Assembly (NCBI GenBank): GCA_963674735.2
Contig: CAXXQS010000001.1
Location: 1,664,001-1,728,000, forward strand
Reading direction: 5' to 3'
DNA: 64,000 bases
From: Myxococcota bacterium
GTDB taxonomy: Bacteria > Myxococcota_A > SURF-8
The notes under the pieces are model-generated. The model did no database searches and was not told where the DNA came from. It was given only the letters and a program-made list of their open reading frames with translations. How positions within the stretch are numbered: position 1 is the first letter of the stretch; every line of letters starts with the position of its first letter. Shown piece by piece: positions 48,665 to 58,738 of the stretch. The position numbers were made by a program, and so were the translations under genes.

Positions 48665-50104
48665 ATGACCGAGACTCCGTATTCCAAATTCGTGCGCAGT
48701 TGTTCTTTTACATTGGCATTCACCACCATGCTGCTTGGGATGCTGATTCTTGTCGGATGCGGTGATGACACCGATGACGAGGTACAACTCGACGGGGACA
48801 ACGAATCGGAGACGGAATCGGAAGTTGAGCAGGAAATGTCCACAGACGGCGATCAGGATGCTGATTCCGATGGTGACCCCGACGTGGAAGAAGAAGTCGA
48901 AGAAGAAGGTCCTCCCCCGGAAGTGCTTCCTTTCGAGCCGGCCGGTCCCGATGCCGCCCCCGATCCGATGAGTTGGGGTCCCTGGCCGGTGGGTGTCATG
49001 ACCATCGATTTCACCGACAACAGCCGCTTGGACCCCGATACGGGGGAACCGCGTTTCTTACGAACTGAAATCTGGTATCCCGTTAAACAAGAATATGCCG
49101 ACGGTCCGTTCTTCGTCCTCAACTTCAAAGAAGAAGCTGCCGATGCACCTCTGGGAGACAAACGGGAGGTGATCATGAACGCGGATCTGCCGAATATCGA
49201 TACCCGCTCTATCCGCGATGCAGAAATCGATATTTCCAATGGACCCTATCCCCTAGTGTTCTTCTCCCACGGGGCAAACGGCATCCGCTGGCAATCGGTG
49301 TTCCATACCATTCAGTTGGCTTCCCATGGCTATATCGTCGTTTCTCCCGATCACCAATACAATACCATCTGGGAGATTATCAGCGGTGGTTTCCAGGCGG
49401 ATAGCCTCTTAAGTTCCCTGGCGGTTCGCCCGCAGGATATGAGCTTTCTGCTGGACCGCATGGAGGAATACAACGAAGATCCGGCCAACATGTTTTTCGA
49501 TTCAATGGATATGGAAAACATCGGCGCCACCGGGCATTCTTTGGGAGGCATAACCTCGACCATCATGCCCTGCGTAGATGAACGGTTCAAAGCAGTCTCG
49601 CTTCATTCTCCCAACATCTCGGCCGGTTTGATGATGGGCAGCTGCGGTTGGGAAAACTATCCCGTTCCCTCCATCACTATGGGCGGCACCCTTGATGGAA
49701 CACTCCCTTACTGCACAATGTACTGTGATTACAAAAACTACATCACCGGTGATCAGCCGAAATACTTGTATGAATTGGTGGCGGGCGGTCACTTCACATT
49801 CTCCGACATCTGCCGTCTGGATCTTATTCAGGTGGCCGAAGAACTCGAAATGGGGAACGATGCCACCAACGCTCTGAACGACGGCTGCGCCGATTATAAT
49901 GCGCCTTTCGAAGAAGCCCAGCAAACCATCAACCACTATGCAACAGCCTTTTTCAATGCCTATCTGCGTGGATCGGATGGATCGCTTGACTACTTAATCG
50001 AGATCGCCGATGAGCCCTTCGATTCCGTCAATTTCTTTGAAGGTGATGTGCCGGACTTCTGGGAAGAAGGCGGATGTGAAGCCTGTGGAGGCTTGGGACG
50101 CTAA
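48665..50104 (+). CDS. Alpha/beta-hydrolase lipoprotein with DGD linker (tandem paralog)
   Basis: Lipobox LVGC; same motifs; shares VLPFEPAGPDAAPDPM with the upstream gene. Confidence 0.85.
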   Translation: MTETPYSKFVRSCSFTLAFTTMLLGMLILVGCGDDTDDEVQLDGDNESETESEVEQEMSTDGDQDADSDGDPDVEEEVEEEGPPPEVLPFEPAGPDAAPDPMSWGPWPVGVMTIDFTDNSRLDPDTGEPRFLRTEIWYPVKQEYADGPFFVLNFKEEAADAPLGDKREVIMNADLPNIDTRSIRDAEIDISNGPYPLVFFSHGANGIRWQSVFHTIQLASHGYIVVSPDHQYNTIWEIISGGFQADSLLSSLAVRPQDMSFLLDRMEEYNEDPANMFFDSMDMENIGATGHSLGGITSTIMPCVDERFKAVSLHSPNISAGLMMGSCGWENYPVPSITMGGTLDGTLPYCTMYCDYKNYITGDQPKYLYELVAGGHFTFSDICRLDLIQVAEELEMGNDATNALNDGCADYNAPFEEAQQTINHYATAFFNAYLRGSDGSLDYLIEIADEPFDSVNFFEGDVPDFWEEGGCEACGGLGR

Positions 50105-50269
50105 CCGAACAATCCAATCCGAGATTCTCTTGTCACGCTCCGCGAGAATCTCGTTTTTCGATTCTCCGTCAATGTCAATTGTAACGGTGAGTTGTGCCCG
50201 AGCACCTGTCACAAACGATGTGGTGCCAGCGTTTGATACATCAGAGAAACTGCGAAGTCGGAGCCTTGA

Positions 50270-52999
50270 CTAATCATCCAACAAATCCCGCAATTTGACG
50301 GACAACGTGTTGGGAGTAAAGGGTTTGTGGATAAAATTCAGATTGCCATCCGCCAATCCCCGCGAACAAATCACATCATCGTCGTGGCCCGAGATAAACA
50401 GTACGCGCCCTTCCGGCACCGCATCGAGGAAAACACGTGACAAATCAACTCCGTCCAGACCCGGGAGCACAACATCGACCAACAAAAGATCAAACTTCGT
50501 CCCGTTATTTTGCAGCCGCTCGATCGCTTCTTCGGCCGTTGCACAGCTTTGAGTGCGGTACCCCAATTTTTCCAACATTTTCTCGGCCATGGAACGAACA
50601 GCCGGATCATCCTCGACCAATAAAATAAATTCGTGACCTGTTGGCATCTCCACGAGTCCAACGGCAGCATCTAGCGGTTTTTCCTGCTCACTTTTACAAG
50701 GAAGATACAAACGAATCTGATTACCCTTCTCATCCGAAATAACATCCAGACTTCCGCCATGCTGTCGGACAATGCCGTAAACCGTCGCTAATTCAAACTT
50801 GGTGGAATCAGGCTCGTTATCGCTTGAAAAATACGGTTCAAAGTATCGTTTTAGCTGCTCGGGATCGATACTTGTTCCCGTGTCGTGAAGCGTCAGGCAC
50901 ACATGATTCCCGGAATTCTGTGGCATTCCGGAAAAATCACGTACATCGTCCGATTGCACCTGTGACGTGGAGATACGCAACGTCCCGCCCTTGTTCATAC
51001 CGTCACGAGCGCGCATCACCAGATTCAAAATGGCCTGCTCGATCAACCCCGGATCCCCGAATACCGGCTCCAGGTTCTCACTCAGATCCAATCTCAATGG
51101 GATGTCCTCGAGCAACACGCGCCGCAGCATTTTTTCCATGCCCAACACAATCGTGGTGAGGTTTATCTCGCGCGATTCACTGATCGTACGACGCTTGAAT
51201 ATCAACAGTTGACGAGTTAAATCCGCGGCACGTGCTGAAGCGTCCTGCACATCAACCAGCAACTCCGTCAAGGGATCGTCCGGCTCGATATCCATCATGG
51301 CCAACGACACATTACCGGTAATCCCGGTAAGCAGATTGTTGAAATCATGAGCTACGCCGGCAGCCAACCGTCCTACCGCCTCAAGCTTTTGTGATTCGAA
51401 CAAATGCTTTTCCAAACGCTGTTTTTCACGTTCGACCTCCACGCGCGGACCGATATCGCGCACCATAATCAATTCGGCCGGAAGACCTTGATAATCGATA
51501 ATGGAACTGTTGAGCTCAACCTGACAACGCGAACCGTCACGCGCCTGTAGATATATTTCAAAAGTACCCATGTCTCGTTCGCCGGACATGTGTTTCTCGT
51601 ACAACATCTCCGTTTTTTCAAGGCTATCGATATGAAGATATCGGCTAAATGGCTGCCCGATCAACTCTTCGGCTTGATACCCAAACATCTGCCCTAATTG
51701 GGGGTTTGCAAAAACAATTCGCGCATCCTGCACAATACAGATGCCGTCCACGGCAAGTTCCACCAAGTTGCGATACTTCTGCTCGCTCTCTTCAAGTTTT
51801 CGTCGGGCCAGCTTCGCCTCTGTGGTGTTGCGGAAAATACCCAATGCGCCACAGAATTGTCCGTTAGCATCGAACTGCGGAGTGGCCGTAACCAGACAGT
51901 CGACACTCTGGCCATCAGGACGAATCACTTCCATTTCGTAAGTGGTTTTGTCCCCTTTACGGCGCAGTTTCGTCTGATTGATCGCGATCTGATAACTTTC
52001 GGGACTTAAATGGTCACGAAGATTACGTCCCACCAAAGATCCGGGTCCGACTCCGAACATCTGTTCTGCTGCTGGATTGGCAAAGGAAATCACCTCATCG
52101 GGATCAACTACCGCAACTCCTTCGCCAATGTTTTCAATCAAGGTTCGATAGCGCTCTTCGCTTTCGCGCAGAGCTGCCTCCGCCAGCTTCTGCTCATTGA
52201 TATCAGCGGCAATGACCAACGCTTTTTCGATCTCACCTTCGCGGTTTTGAATCGGCTGCAGGCAGGTTCGATACCAGCGTGATTCGCCGTCAACCATCGT
52301 CATGTTCTCGATCACACAGCCATTCATCGACTCGATCGAGGCTTTGATGCTGGAGAACTGACGATCTGCTACTTCTTGGGGGAATAGATCCCACATGGTC
52401 TTGCCAATGAGTTGATCCGGTGTGCTGTTCCTAACCCGTTTTGCCGCAACACTGTTGAGAAAGAGAAACCGCCCATCCTTATCAACAATGCTGATCGCAT
52501 CGGAACTGCTTTCCACCAATACCCGATAGCCTTCCTGGCTTTCAAACAGGGCGTCTGTTTTGGCTTCGACTTCCTTCCGTAGCCGGTCGCGATGGCGTTG
52601 AACTTCTTCCCACAAAAGTTCACTTTCACGTGTCTTCTGCTTGATCGCGGCCGCTTCAGCCACGATCTCGCAAATTTTCCGACCGGTCACCGGTTTGGCC
52701 AGGTAATCGAAGGCTCCCATCCGTACCGCTTGCACGGCGGTATCGACGGTCGGTTCACCGGTTATGATAATGACCTGAACTTCGGAATCGAATTCCCGAG
52801 CGGCTTTCAGCATATCGAGTCCGCTTTGCTTGGGTAAAACGATATCACTGATAACCACATCAAAAACCGTCGTCTGCAAGCGCGCAAAACCTTCCTCGAA
52901 GTCTTCCGCCACGACCACCTGGTGTCCGTCCCCTTCCAAAAACTCCTTCAGGGTTATACGAATTCCATTTTCATCATCGACAACCAAAACGTGTGCCAT
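50270..52999 (-). CDS. Hybrid sensor protein REC-3xPAS-HisKA-HATPase(degenerate)-REC
   Basis: VVDDE..SDIVLP; three PAS blocks; AHDFNNLL; C-terminal VEDD..VDVVLP..KPF. Confidence 0.88.
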   Translation of the reverse strand: MAHVLVVDDENGIRITLKEFLEGDGHQVVVAEDFEEGFARLQTTVFDVVISDIVLPKQSGLDMLKAAREFDSEVQVIIITGEPTVDTAVQAVRMGAFDYLAKPVTGRKICEIVAEAAAIKQKTRESELLWEEVQRHRDRLRKEVEAKTDALFESQEGYRVLVESSSDAISIVDKDGRFLFLNSVAAKRVRNSTPDQLIGKTMWDLFPQEVADRQFSSIKASIESMNGCVIENMTMVDGESRWYRTCLQPIQNREGEIEKALVIAADINEQKLAEAALRESEERYRTLIENIGEGVAVVDPDEVISFANPAAEQMFGVGPGSLVGRNLRDHLSPESYQIAINQTKLRRKGDKTTYEMEVIRPDGQSVDCLVTATPQFDANGQFCGALGIFRNTTEAKLARRKLEESEQKYRNLVELAVDGICIVQDARIVFANPQLGQMFGYQAEELIGQPFSRYLHIDSLEKTEMLYEKHMSGERDMGTFEIYLQARDGSRCQVELNSSIIDYQGLPAELIMVRDIGPRVEVEREKQRLEKHLFESQKLEAVGRLAAGVAHDFNNLLTGITGNVSLAMMDIEPDDPLTELLVDVQDASARAADLTRQLLIFKRRTISESREINLTTIVLGMEKMLRRVLLEDIPLRLDLSENLEPVFGDPGLIEQAILNLVMRARDGMNKGGTLRISTSQVQSDDVRDFSGMPQNSGNHVCLTLHDTGTSIDPEQLKRYFEPYFSSDNEPDSTKFELATVYGIVRQHGGSLDVISDEKGNQIRLYLPCKSEQEKPLDAAVGLVEMPTGHEFILLVEDDPAVRSMAEKMLEKLGYRTQSCATAEEAIERLQNNGTKFDLLLVDVVLPGLDGVDLSRVFLDAVPEGRVLFISGHDDDVICSRGLADGNLNFIHKPFTPNTLSVKLRDLLDD

Positions 53000-53169
53000 T
53001 GTCCCATCCTATTAGGTAACGCAACCAACAAAACTTGGTCTGCACCCCCGATTGATCAGGCATCGCCGACATAGACCAGATCTTTTTAATATTTGCATCT
53101 CACTCCAAATAAAAACATACCACATCAAACGATTTAGCCTCGCTCAAATAATCGACTTCATCTTCAAAT

Positions 53170-54690
53170 CTACTGCCCTGCCATAGCAGAGGCGGCTCCT
53201 CCGGCCCCCACTCCCAAAAGGGTCCGAATATCCTCATCCTCGAACTGAATCCCGGCCCCGACGAAATAATCACGTGTCGCATCGTTGATGATATCATCCA
53301 CACCACCGCTGAGAAACAAATGTCGCCAGATCTCGACATTGATCTGCGACTTCAGCCGCGGGTACACTTCACCAGTCGCCAATTCATTGATATCGTTTCT
53401 AATTTTCAATATGTCGTCGAAGAATTCCATATCAAAACCTACTCCGCCCGAATTTTCGATCAAACCGAAACGAACCGTAGCGAAATGAAAACGTTGGGCG
53501 TAGAGTAATGAGACCTTCAACGAATCGCTGGTAACGGTCTTATCCTCTCGAATGTAGGCATCCCGGCTCGAATCAGTACTGCGGGTGATGGTGCGATACT
53601 TTCGGGTACGTCCCTTGGGATCATCGACCACTGAAAGCTGGTAATACTTGTTTGCGCTTGGCATTAACTTCAGCGAAACCGCGGTCTTGGCTGAAATCTG
53701 GCGCGGATAGAAATCACTTTGAACATGAAACAGAAAGCGTAAATCGCGTAGTTTACGAGCGTAGTCCCCCGCTGCCGAGGCGACATCCTTGATATCTTGA
53801 CCGACCTGCTCATCATTGATCAACGTTCCTACCGCCCCCTTGCCATTATCCACTTTTTCGGCCACCGAAACAGAGTGGTCCAGGGTTTTCTGGAGTTGGT
53901 CGAAATTCTTCTCCAATTTAGCCAGCACCACGTCAACCTGATCGAGCGACCCATCGAGCCGCTCCCCCTGACGATCGACCATTCCTTTAAGCGATGCCGT
54001 CAATTCACGAATTTGCGACAGAATCAGGCGCACTTCCGCACGGCTTTCCCCGCTTATCCCGGAGATATTGGCTGTCAAACGTTCGGTATTTTGCAGAATA
54101 CGATCGAGATTCGCAACGTTATCCAGCGCACTTCGGTCGAGAGCACGGGTAATACCGTTGAGATGATCCACCATTTCGCGCACCGACCCTCGCGTGGGGT
54201 CGTCATTTTCCATAATCGACTTGAGCGAGGCCGTCACATCGCGCAGATCCTCGGCAATAAAACCAAGCTTGATCATCATGTCGTTGAAACCTGGCGTGGG
54301 AATGATGCGACGAATCTCACTGCCATCATCCAGCACAGCTTTTCCAGGCGTGCCGGGAGAAATTTCCAGTAGACTGGTACCCAACATGGATTCCTGGATT
54401 TTGCGAATCGCGGCATCCTCGTGCAACACCACATCTTTTCGTATGCGTAAGTGCACACGGGCACGCCCGTTTTCCAGCTCGACATTTTCGATTTCACCAA
54501 CAGCGATTCCCGCGATGAGCACACGCGACTTGCGAACCAGCCCCATGGCGTCGTCAAACACCGCGCTGACGCGGTAACCGCCACCACGCGTGATCGGACT
54601 ATCCGAGGTTTGCACGATGTACCAGGCGAAACCCAAGACACCCACCAGCATCATCAATCCGACTTTCATGGGCGTCAAGCGCTGTCGCAT
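53170..54690 (-). CDS. mlaD: Long MCE/MlaD protein with helical extension and beta-rich C-terminus
   Basis: N-terminal TM; MCE motif F.DA.GL...S.V.IAGI.VG; heptad-rich middle; G.VG.LIND. Confidence 0.85.
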   Translation of the reverse strand: MRQRLTPMKVGLMMLVGVLGFAWYIVQTSDSPITRGGGYRVSAVFDDAMGLVRKSRVLIAGIAVGEIENVELENGRARVHLRIRKDVVLHEDAAIRKIQESMLGTSLLEISPGTPGKAVLDDGSEIRRIIPTPGFNDMMIKLGFIAEDLRDVTASLKSIMENDDPTRGSVREMVDHLNGITRALDRSALDNVANLDRILQNTERLTANISGISGESRAEVRLILSQIRELTASLKGMVDRQGERLDGSLDQVDVVLAKLEKNFDQLQKTLDHSVSVAEKVDNGKGAVGTLINDEQVGQDIKDVASAAGDYARKLRDLRFLFHVQSDFYPRQISAKTAVSLKLMPSANKYYQLSVVDDPKGRTRKYRTITRSTDSSRDAYIREDKTVTSDSLKVSLLYAQRFHFATVRFGLIENSGGVGFDMEFFDDILKIRNDINELATGEVYPRLKSQINVEIWRHLFLSGGVDDIINDATRDYFVGAGIQFEDEDIRTLLGVGAGGAASAMAGQ

Positions 54691-54748
54691 ACCCGTTTCG
54701 ATCCTTTCTTTCTTGTCCCTACGGCTGCCAATTTGGGCATCAACCCAT

Positions 54749-55492
54749 TCAGCTGGCGGCTCTAATAAAATCCTTTACGAAGGGATGTTCACTCATTTGC
54801 AGATCTGCAGGCGATCCTTCGGCCACAATGCGCCCGCCCTCCAGCACCGCGATACGGTCGGCGATACGCAGGGCAGTCGGAATATCGTGGCTGATCACCA
54901 CTGACGTGACGTTTTGCGCTTTTTGTGTGCGCACGATCAGACTATCGATCTGCTCGACCATCAACGGGTCCAGCCCGGTGGTCGGTTCATCGTACAAAAT
55001 AATGTCGGGATCAAGAGCGATGGCACGTGCCAATCCTACCCGTTTGCGCATCCCACCCGATAACTGGGAGGGCAGCTTACGCTCCACTCCCGGCAATCCG
55101 ACCAATTCCAATTTGCGTGCAACCGTCTCGCGGATCTTGCGCTCATCCAAACGCGTGTGCTCACGCAGAGGAAAAGCTATGTTTTCATAGACATCCAAGG
55201 AATCGAACAGCGCCGCATCCTGAAACAACATTCCGAAGCGGCGACGCACTGCATTCATTTCACGTTCACCAAGCCGGGTGATATCGGCCCCTTCCACCCA
55301 GACTTCACCAGAATCGGGGGCCAATAGCCCGATCATATGTTTGAGCATCACACTTTTACCAGTCCCCGAGCGACCCAGCACAAACGTGATTTTTCCACGG
55401 GGCACTTCGAAATCAAGGTTATCAAGAACCGTTTGCTCGCCAAAGCGTTTGGTAACGCCGACAAAGCGAATCGGGACCGGACGCTCACTCAT
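54749..55492 (-). CDS. mlaF: MlaF ABC ATPase
   Basis: GRSGTGKS, FQ.AALFDS, LSGGMRKRVGLARA, YDEPTTGLDP. Confidence 0.92.
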   Translation of the reverse strand: MSERPVPIRFVGVTKRFGEQTVLDNLDFEVPRGKITFVLGRSGTGKSVMLKHMIGLLAPDSGEVWVEGADITRLGEREMNAVRRRFGMLFQDAALFDSLDVYENIAFPLREHTRLDERKIRETVARKLELVGLPGVERKLPSQLSGGMRKRVGLARAIALDPDIILYDEPTTGLDPLMVEQIDSLIVRTQKAQNVTSVVISHDIPTALRIADRIAVLEGGRIVAEGSPADLQMSEHPFVKDFIRAAS

Positions 55493-56283
55493 GACCACAC
55501 CTTCTGTTCGAACAGCGTCATGAACAATTGGGTGAGGAAGTAGTCCACCACAAGAATCATCACCGAAGCGGTTACGACAGCCTGGGTTGTGGATCGGCCG
55601 ACGCCACGCGCGCCCCCCAAGGTGTAATACCCCTTGAAACAGCCAACCATGGACATGACGAAGGCAAACACCATGCTTTTACTCAATCCGATATAAATGT
55701 CCATGGGATCGACAAACCAACGGATATTGTCCATGAAAATACCCTTGTCGATTCCTTCCATTAACACGGCCACGAGATAGGACCCCGAAATACCGATGAT
55801 GTTGAAGACCATCACCAAAACCGGCATCATCAGCACGGCGGCGAGCACGCGGGGCACAACCAGGTAATGAATGGGATTGACGGCCATCGCCGTTAAGGCG
55901 TCCACCTGCTCGGTAACACGCATCGTCCCGATTTCGGCGGCCATGGCCGATCCGCAACGGCCGGTCACCATCAGACAACACAAAACCGGGGCGAGTTCGC
56001 GCGTCAAACTGAGCGCCACCATGGAGCCCACCATACTCTGGGCATTAAACATGCGTAGGCCGAGAATCGTTTGCAGCGCAAAAACCGCACCGGTAAAGAA
56101 ACCGGTAAGCAAGATAATCGAGAGCGACTGGTTCCCGACAAATTCCATTTGCTGCAACAGCAATCGCAAACGAAACGGGCGACGAAAGGCCCACCTCAAC
56201 ACATCGGCCATCATCAAGCCGAACAAGCCGATATTCTCGACCGTCCGGCCGATAATCCTATTTATTTGTCCCCGTTCTTTCAC
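55489..56283 (-). CDS. mlaE: MlaE permease
   Basis: RELAPV, AEIGTMRVTEQVDAL..M, GGARGVG..TT.AVV. Confidence 0.93.
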   Translation of the reverse strand: MKERGQINRIIGRTVENIGLFGLMMADVLRWAFRRPFRLRLLLQQMEFVGNQSLSIILLTGFFTGAVFALQTILGLRMFNAQSMVGSMVALSLTRELAPVLCCLMVTGRCGSAMAAEIGTMRVTEQVDALTAMAVNPIHYLVVPRVLAAVLMMPVLVMVFNIIGISGSYLVAVLMEGIDKGIFMDNIRWFVDPMDIYIGLSKSMVFAFVMSMVGCFKGYYTLGGARGVGRSTTQAVVTASVMILVVDYFLTQLFMTLFEQKVWS

Positions 56284-56520
56284 GGCTCCCCTTCGAAAAG
56301 GCGAACTCCTCTGTATCCGACTCCCGTATGAACCAAGTTTACCACCTTGAAGAGTTTTAGCAAGCCTTCGCTCCCGTTTCCTTCATTTAAGAAGTAAGGA
56401 ATGAGGATCCTAACCAATCATTGAAAGATCGGATGAAAGCAGCTGGTTCGATAGGCAAGGGAGATCCCGTTTGGGACATGCAATTGAGGAGTGACGACCT
56501 TAGAAATCCCCGGCCCCACG

Positions 56521-56557
56521 AAAAAGAAAAAGGCCCCGGCTTGAAAGCCGGAGCCTT
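56521..56557 (-). terminator. Intrinsic terminator after rho
   Basis: Minus strand AAGGCTCCGGCT-TTCA-AGCCGGGGCCTT-TTTCTTTTT. Confidence 0.85.
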
Positions 56558-56580
56558 GATAAGTCGAGCTTGGAGACAGA

Positions 56581-58236
56581 TCAACCACCCATGCTATCGA
56601 GAAACTCCTGGTTGGTTTTGGTCTTACGAACTTTGTCGAGCAGGAATTCCATGGCATCGAGGACGGATAGCGGATGCAGCAGCTTGCGCAGAATCCACAT
56701 GCGGTTCAGTTCGTCCTGATGCATAAGCAACTCTTCCTTACGAGTTGCCGAGCGGTTGATGTCGAGGCAGGGGAAGACACGTTTTTCCATCAAACGACGG
56801 TCGAGGTGCAGTTCGCTGTTACCGGTTCCCTTGAATTCCTCGAAAATAACTTCGTCCATGCGACTGCCGGTATCGATGAGCGCGGTACCGATGATCGTAA
56901 GCGATCCACCTTCTTCGATGTTACGCGCGGCACCCAGAAAACGCTTCGGCTTATGCAAAGCATTGGAATCCACACCACCCGAGAGGATCTTGCCGGAAGG
57001 CGGCACCACGGTGTTGTAGGCACGTGCCAGACGGGTAATCGAATCGAGCAAGATGACAACATCGTTCCGATGCTCCACCAACCGTTTCGCCTTTTCAATA
57101 ACCATTTCAGCCACTTGAACGTGACGTGTGGCTGGCTCGTCGAAGGTGGAGGAAATCACTTCACCCTGCACCGAGCGCTCCATGTCGGTCACTTCCTCGG
57201 GGCGTTCATCGATCAGCAGAACAATAAGGATGATTTCCGGATGGTTCGCGGTAATGGCGTTGGCAATGTCCTGCAGCAACATCGTTTTACCGGCGCGCGG
57301 AGGCGACACCACCAAACAGCGTTGGCCTTTACCCAACGGAGTCAGCAGGTTCAGGATACGCGTCGAATAATTGGTATTTTTGTATTCCAGGTTGATGCGA
57401 TCCAACGGATACAGCGGCGTCAGATTATCGAACAAGATCTTGTCGCGGGCGTACTCGGGATCCTGGAAGTTAACCTTTTCCACCTTCAACAGTGCGTAGT
57501 AGCGTTCGTTTTCCTTGGGAGGCCTGATCTGGCCTGAAATGGTATCGCCGGTACGCAGATTGAAACGACGAATTTGCGAAGGACTGACATAGATGTCATC
57601 GGGGCCGGGCAGATAATTGTAATCGGGGCTACGCAAAAAGCCGAAGCCGTCGGGCAAGGTTTCCAGCACGCCCTCGGAATAAATATTTCCTTCCTTCTCA
57701 GATTGATTCTGAAGAATCGCGAAAATCAATTCCTGCTTACGCATACCGGAAGCGCCTTCAACCCCCAGGTCGACGGCCATATGCGTGAGATCTTTAATGT
57801 TTGTTTCCTTGAGAACATTCAGGTTGATACGCAGGCCGGACTCATCTTTGACGATGGCCTCGACACGTCCTTCCCCGTTGCGGTTCCAAGATAAAATCTT
57901 GGCCTGATATTCATTGGCCGCGTTGGGTGTGGCCTCTTCATCCTGACTGCCTTCCTTGATATCCAGATCGAGTTGCGCATCGGCACCCGCTTCTGCAGCA
58001 TCACTGACCTTGGATTCGTCATCAGCCGGGGTCTCGGCTTCCTGCGACGTTTTTTTAGCACGCACAACATCGCGGAAAGAGTCTTCCGCCGACTGTCGAC
58101 TGGCGTTGCGACGCGTGGGACGGGACGAGGAGGACGACTCGGGACGAATAATAACCCGACGTCTGGTTTTTTTCTTCGGCTTTTCCACTCCGCTCTCGCC
58201 ACCCTTGCCGTTAGGGGTATCTCCGTTCTTCGTCAC
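56581..58236 (-). CDS. rho: Transcription termination factor Rho with charged N-terminal extension
   Basis: [54 protein letters not shown]; GTG at 58236 preceded by GAGGAGG (the ORF track extends the start to 58380). Confidence 0.95.
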   Translation of the reverse strand: MTKNGDTPNGKGGESGVEKPKKKTRRRVIIRPESSSSSRPTRRNASRQSAEDSFRDVVRAKKTSQEAETPADDESKVSDAAEAGADAQLDLDIKEGSQDEEATPNAANEYQAKILSWNRNGEGRVEAIVKDESGLRINLNVLKETNIKDLTHMAVDLGVEGASGMRKQELIFAILQNQSEKEGNIYSEGVLETLPDGFGFLRSPDYNYLPGPDDIYVSPSQIRRFNLRTGDTISGQIRPPKENERYYALLKVEKVNFQDPEYARDKILFDNLTPLYPLDRINLEYKNTNYSTRILNLLTPLGKGQRCLVVSPPRAGKTMLLQDIANAITANHPEIILIVLLIDERPEEVTDMERSVQGEVISSTFDEPATRHVQVAEMVIEKAKRLVEHRNDVVILLDSITRLARAYNTVVPPSGKILSGGVDSNALHKPKRFLGAARNIEEGGSLTIIGTALIDTGSRMDEVIFEEFKGTGNSELHLDRRLMEKRVFPCLDINRSATRKEELLMHQDELNRMWILRKLLHPLSVLDAMEFLLDKVRKTKTNQEFLDSMGG

Positions 58237-58573
58237 GCTTTCCTCCTCGGTTTCTTTCCTAATTGATTCCAATATGTGAATCGGCGTATGCTCATGCTTA
58301 CGGTCCCGTCCCAGATCAACTCTGGATGTCTGTAGGTTCCATTGGATTGGAGATCCGGGTGCGGGAAAAGATCCTCTCATCGGCTATCGATGAGTTTTAG
58401 GTTGGTCTGTTTTGGGCTCAGTGTCTCCTAATTACTACTGCACGCTCACTTCAATTAATGGCAAGAATGCACGAAACGCATTGTGATTAACTTCCAGGAA
58501 TCAGTCTTGATGCAGAAGTGACATAGACTGAGAATGAGGAAACATCAAATGGAGCATGGCTCATTCGTAATTA

Positions 58574-58601
58574 AGTTTAGTAAACCGCCCGCAGTTGTCA
58601 A
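58574..58601 (-). promoter_or_regulatory. Putative sigma70 promoter of rho
   Basis: Minus strand TTGACA-N16-TAAACT. Confidence 0.45.
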
Positions 58602-58673
58602 GCTTTTTATCGCAACACGATGTTTTTTTTCAGTGGTTCAAAGAAGTTGTCCGGCCATGCAAAGCCACCAAGC

Positions 58674-58702
58674 TTGACAGTGGCACCGCCTGCAGGTACA
58701 AA
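58674..58702 (+). promoter_or_regulatory. Putative sigma70 promoter of galK
   Basis: TTGACA-N17-TACAAA. Confidence 0.45.
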
Positions 58703-58738
58703 GTTCTATCATTGTGACGATAACGAAAAGGAGTCACC

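Noticed and set aside
56284-56520. Possible ncRNA between rho and mlaE
   Set aside because: No recognisable tRNA, SRP, 6S or riboswitch motif; the region is adequately explained by the rho terminator and an mla promoter-like TTGCTA-N16-TAAACT.
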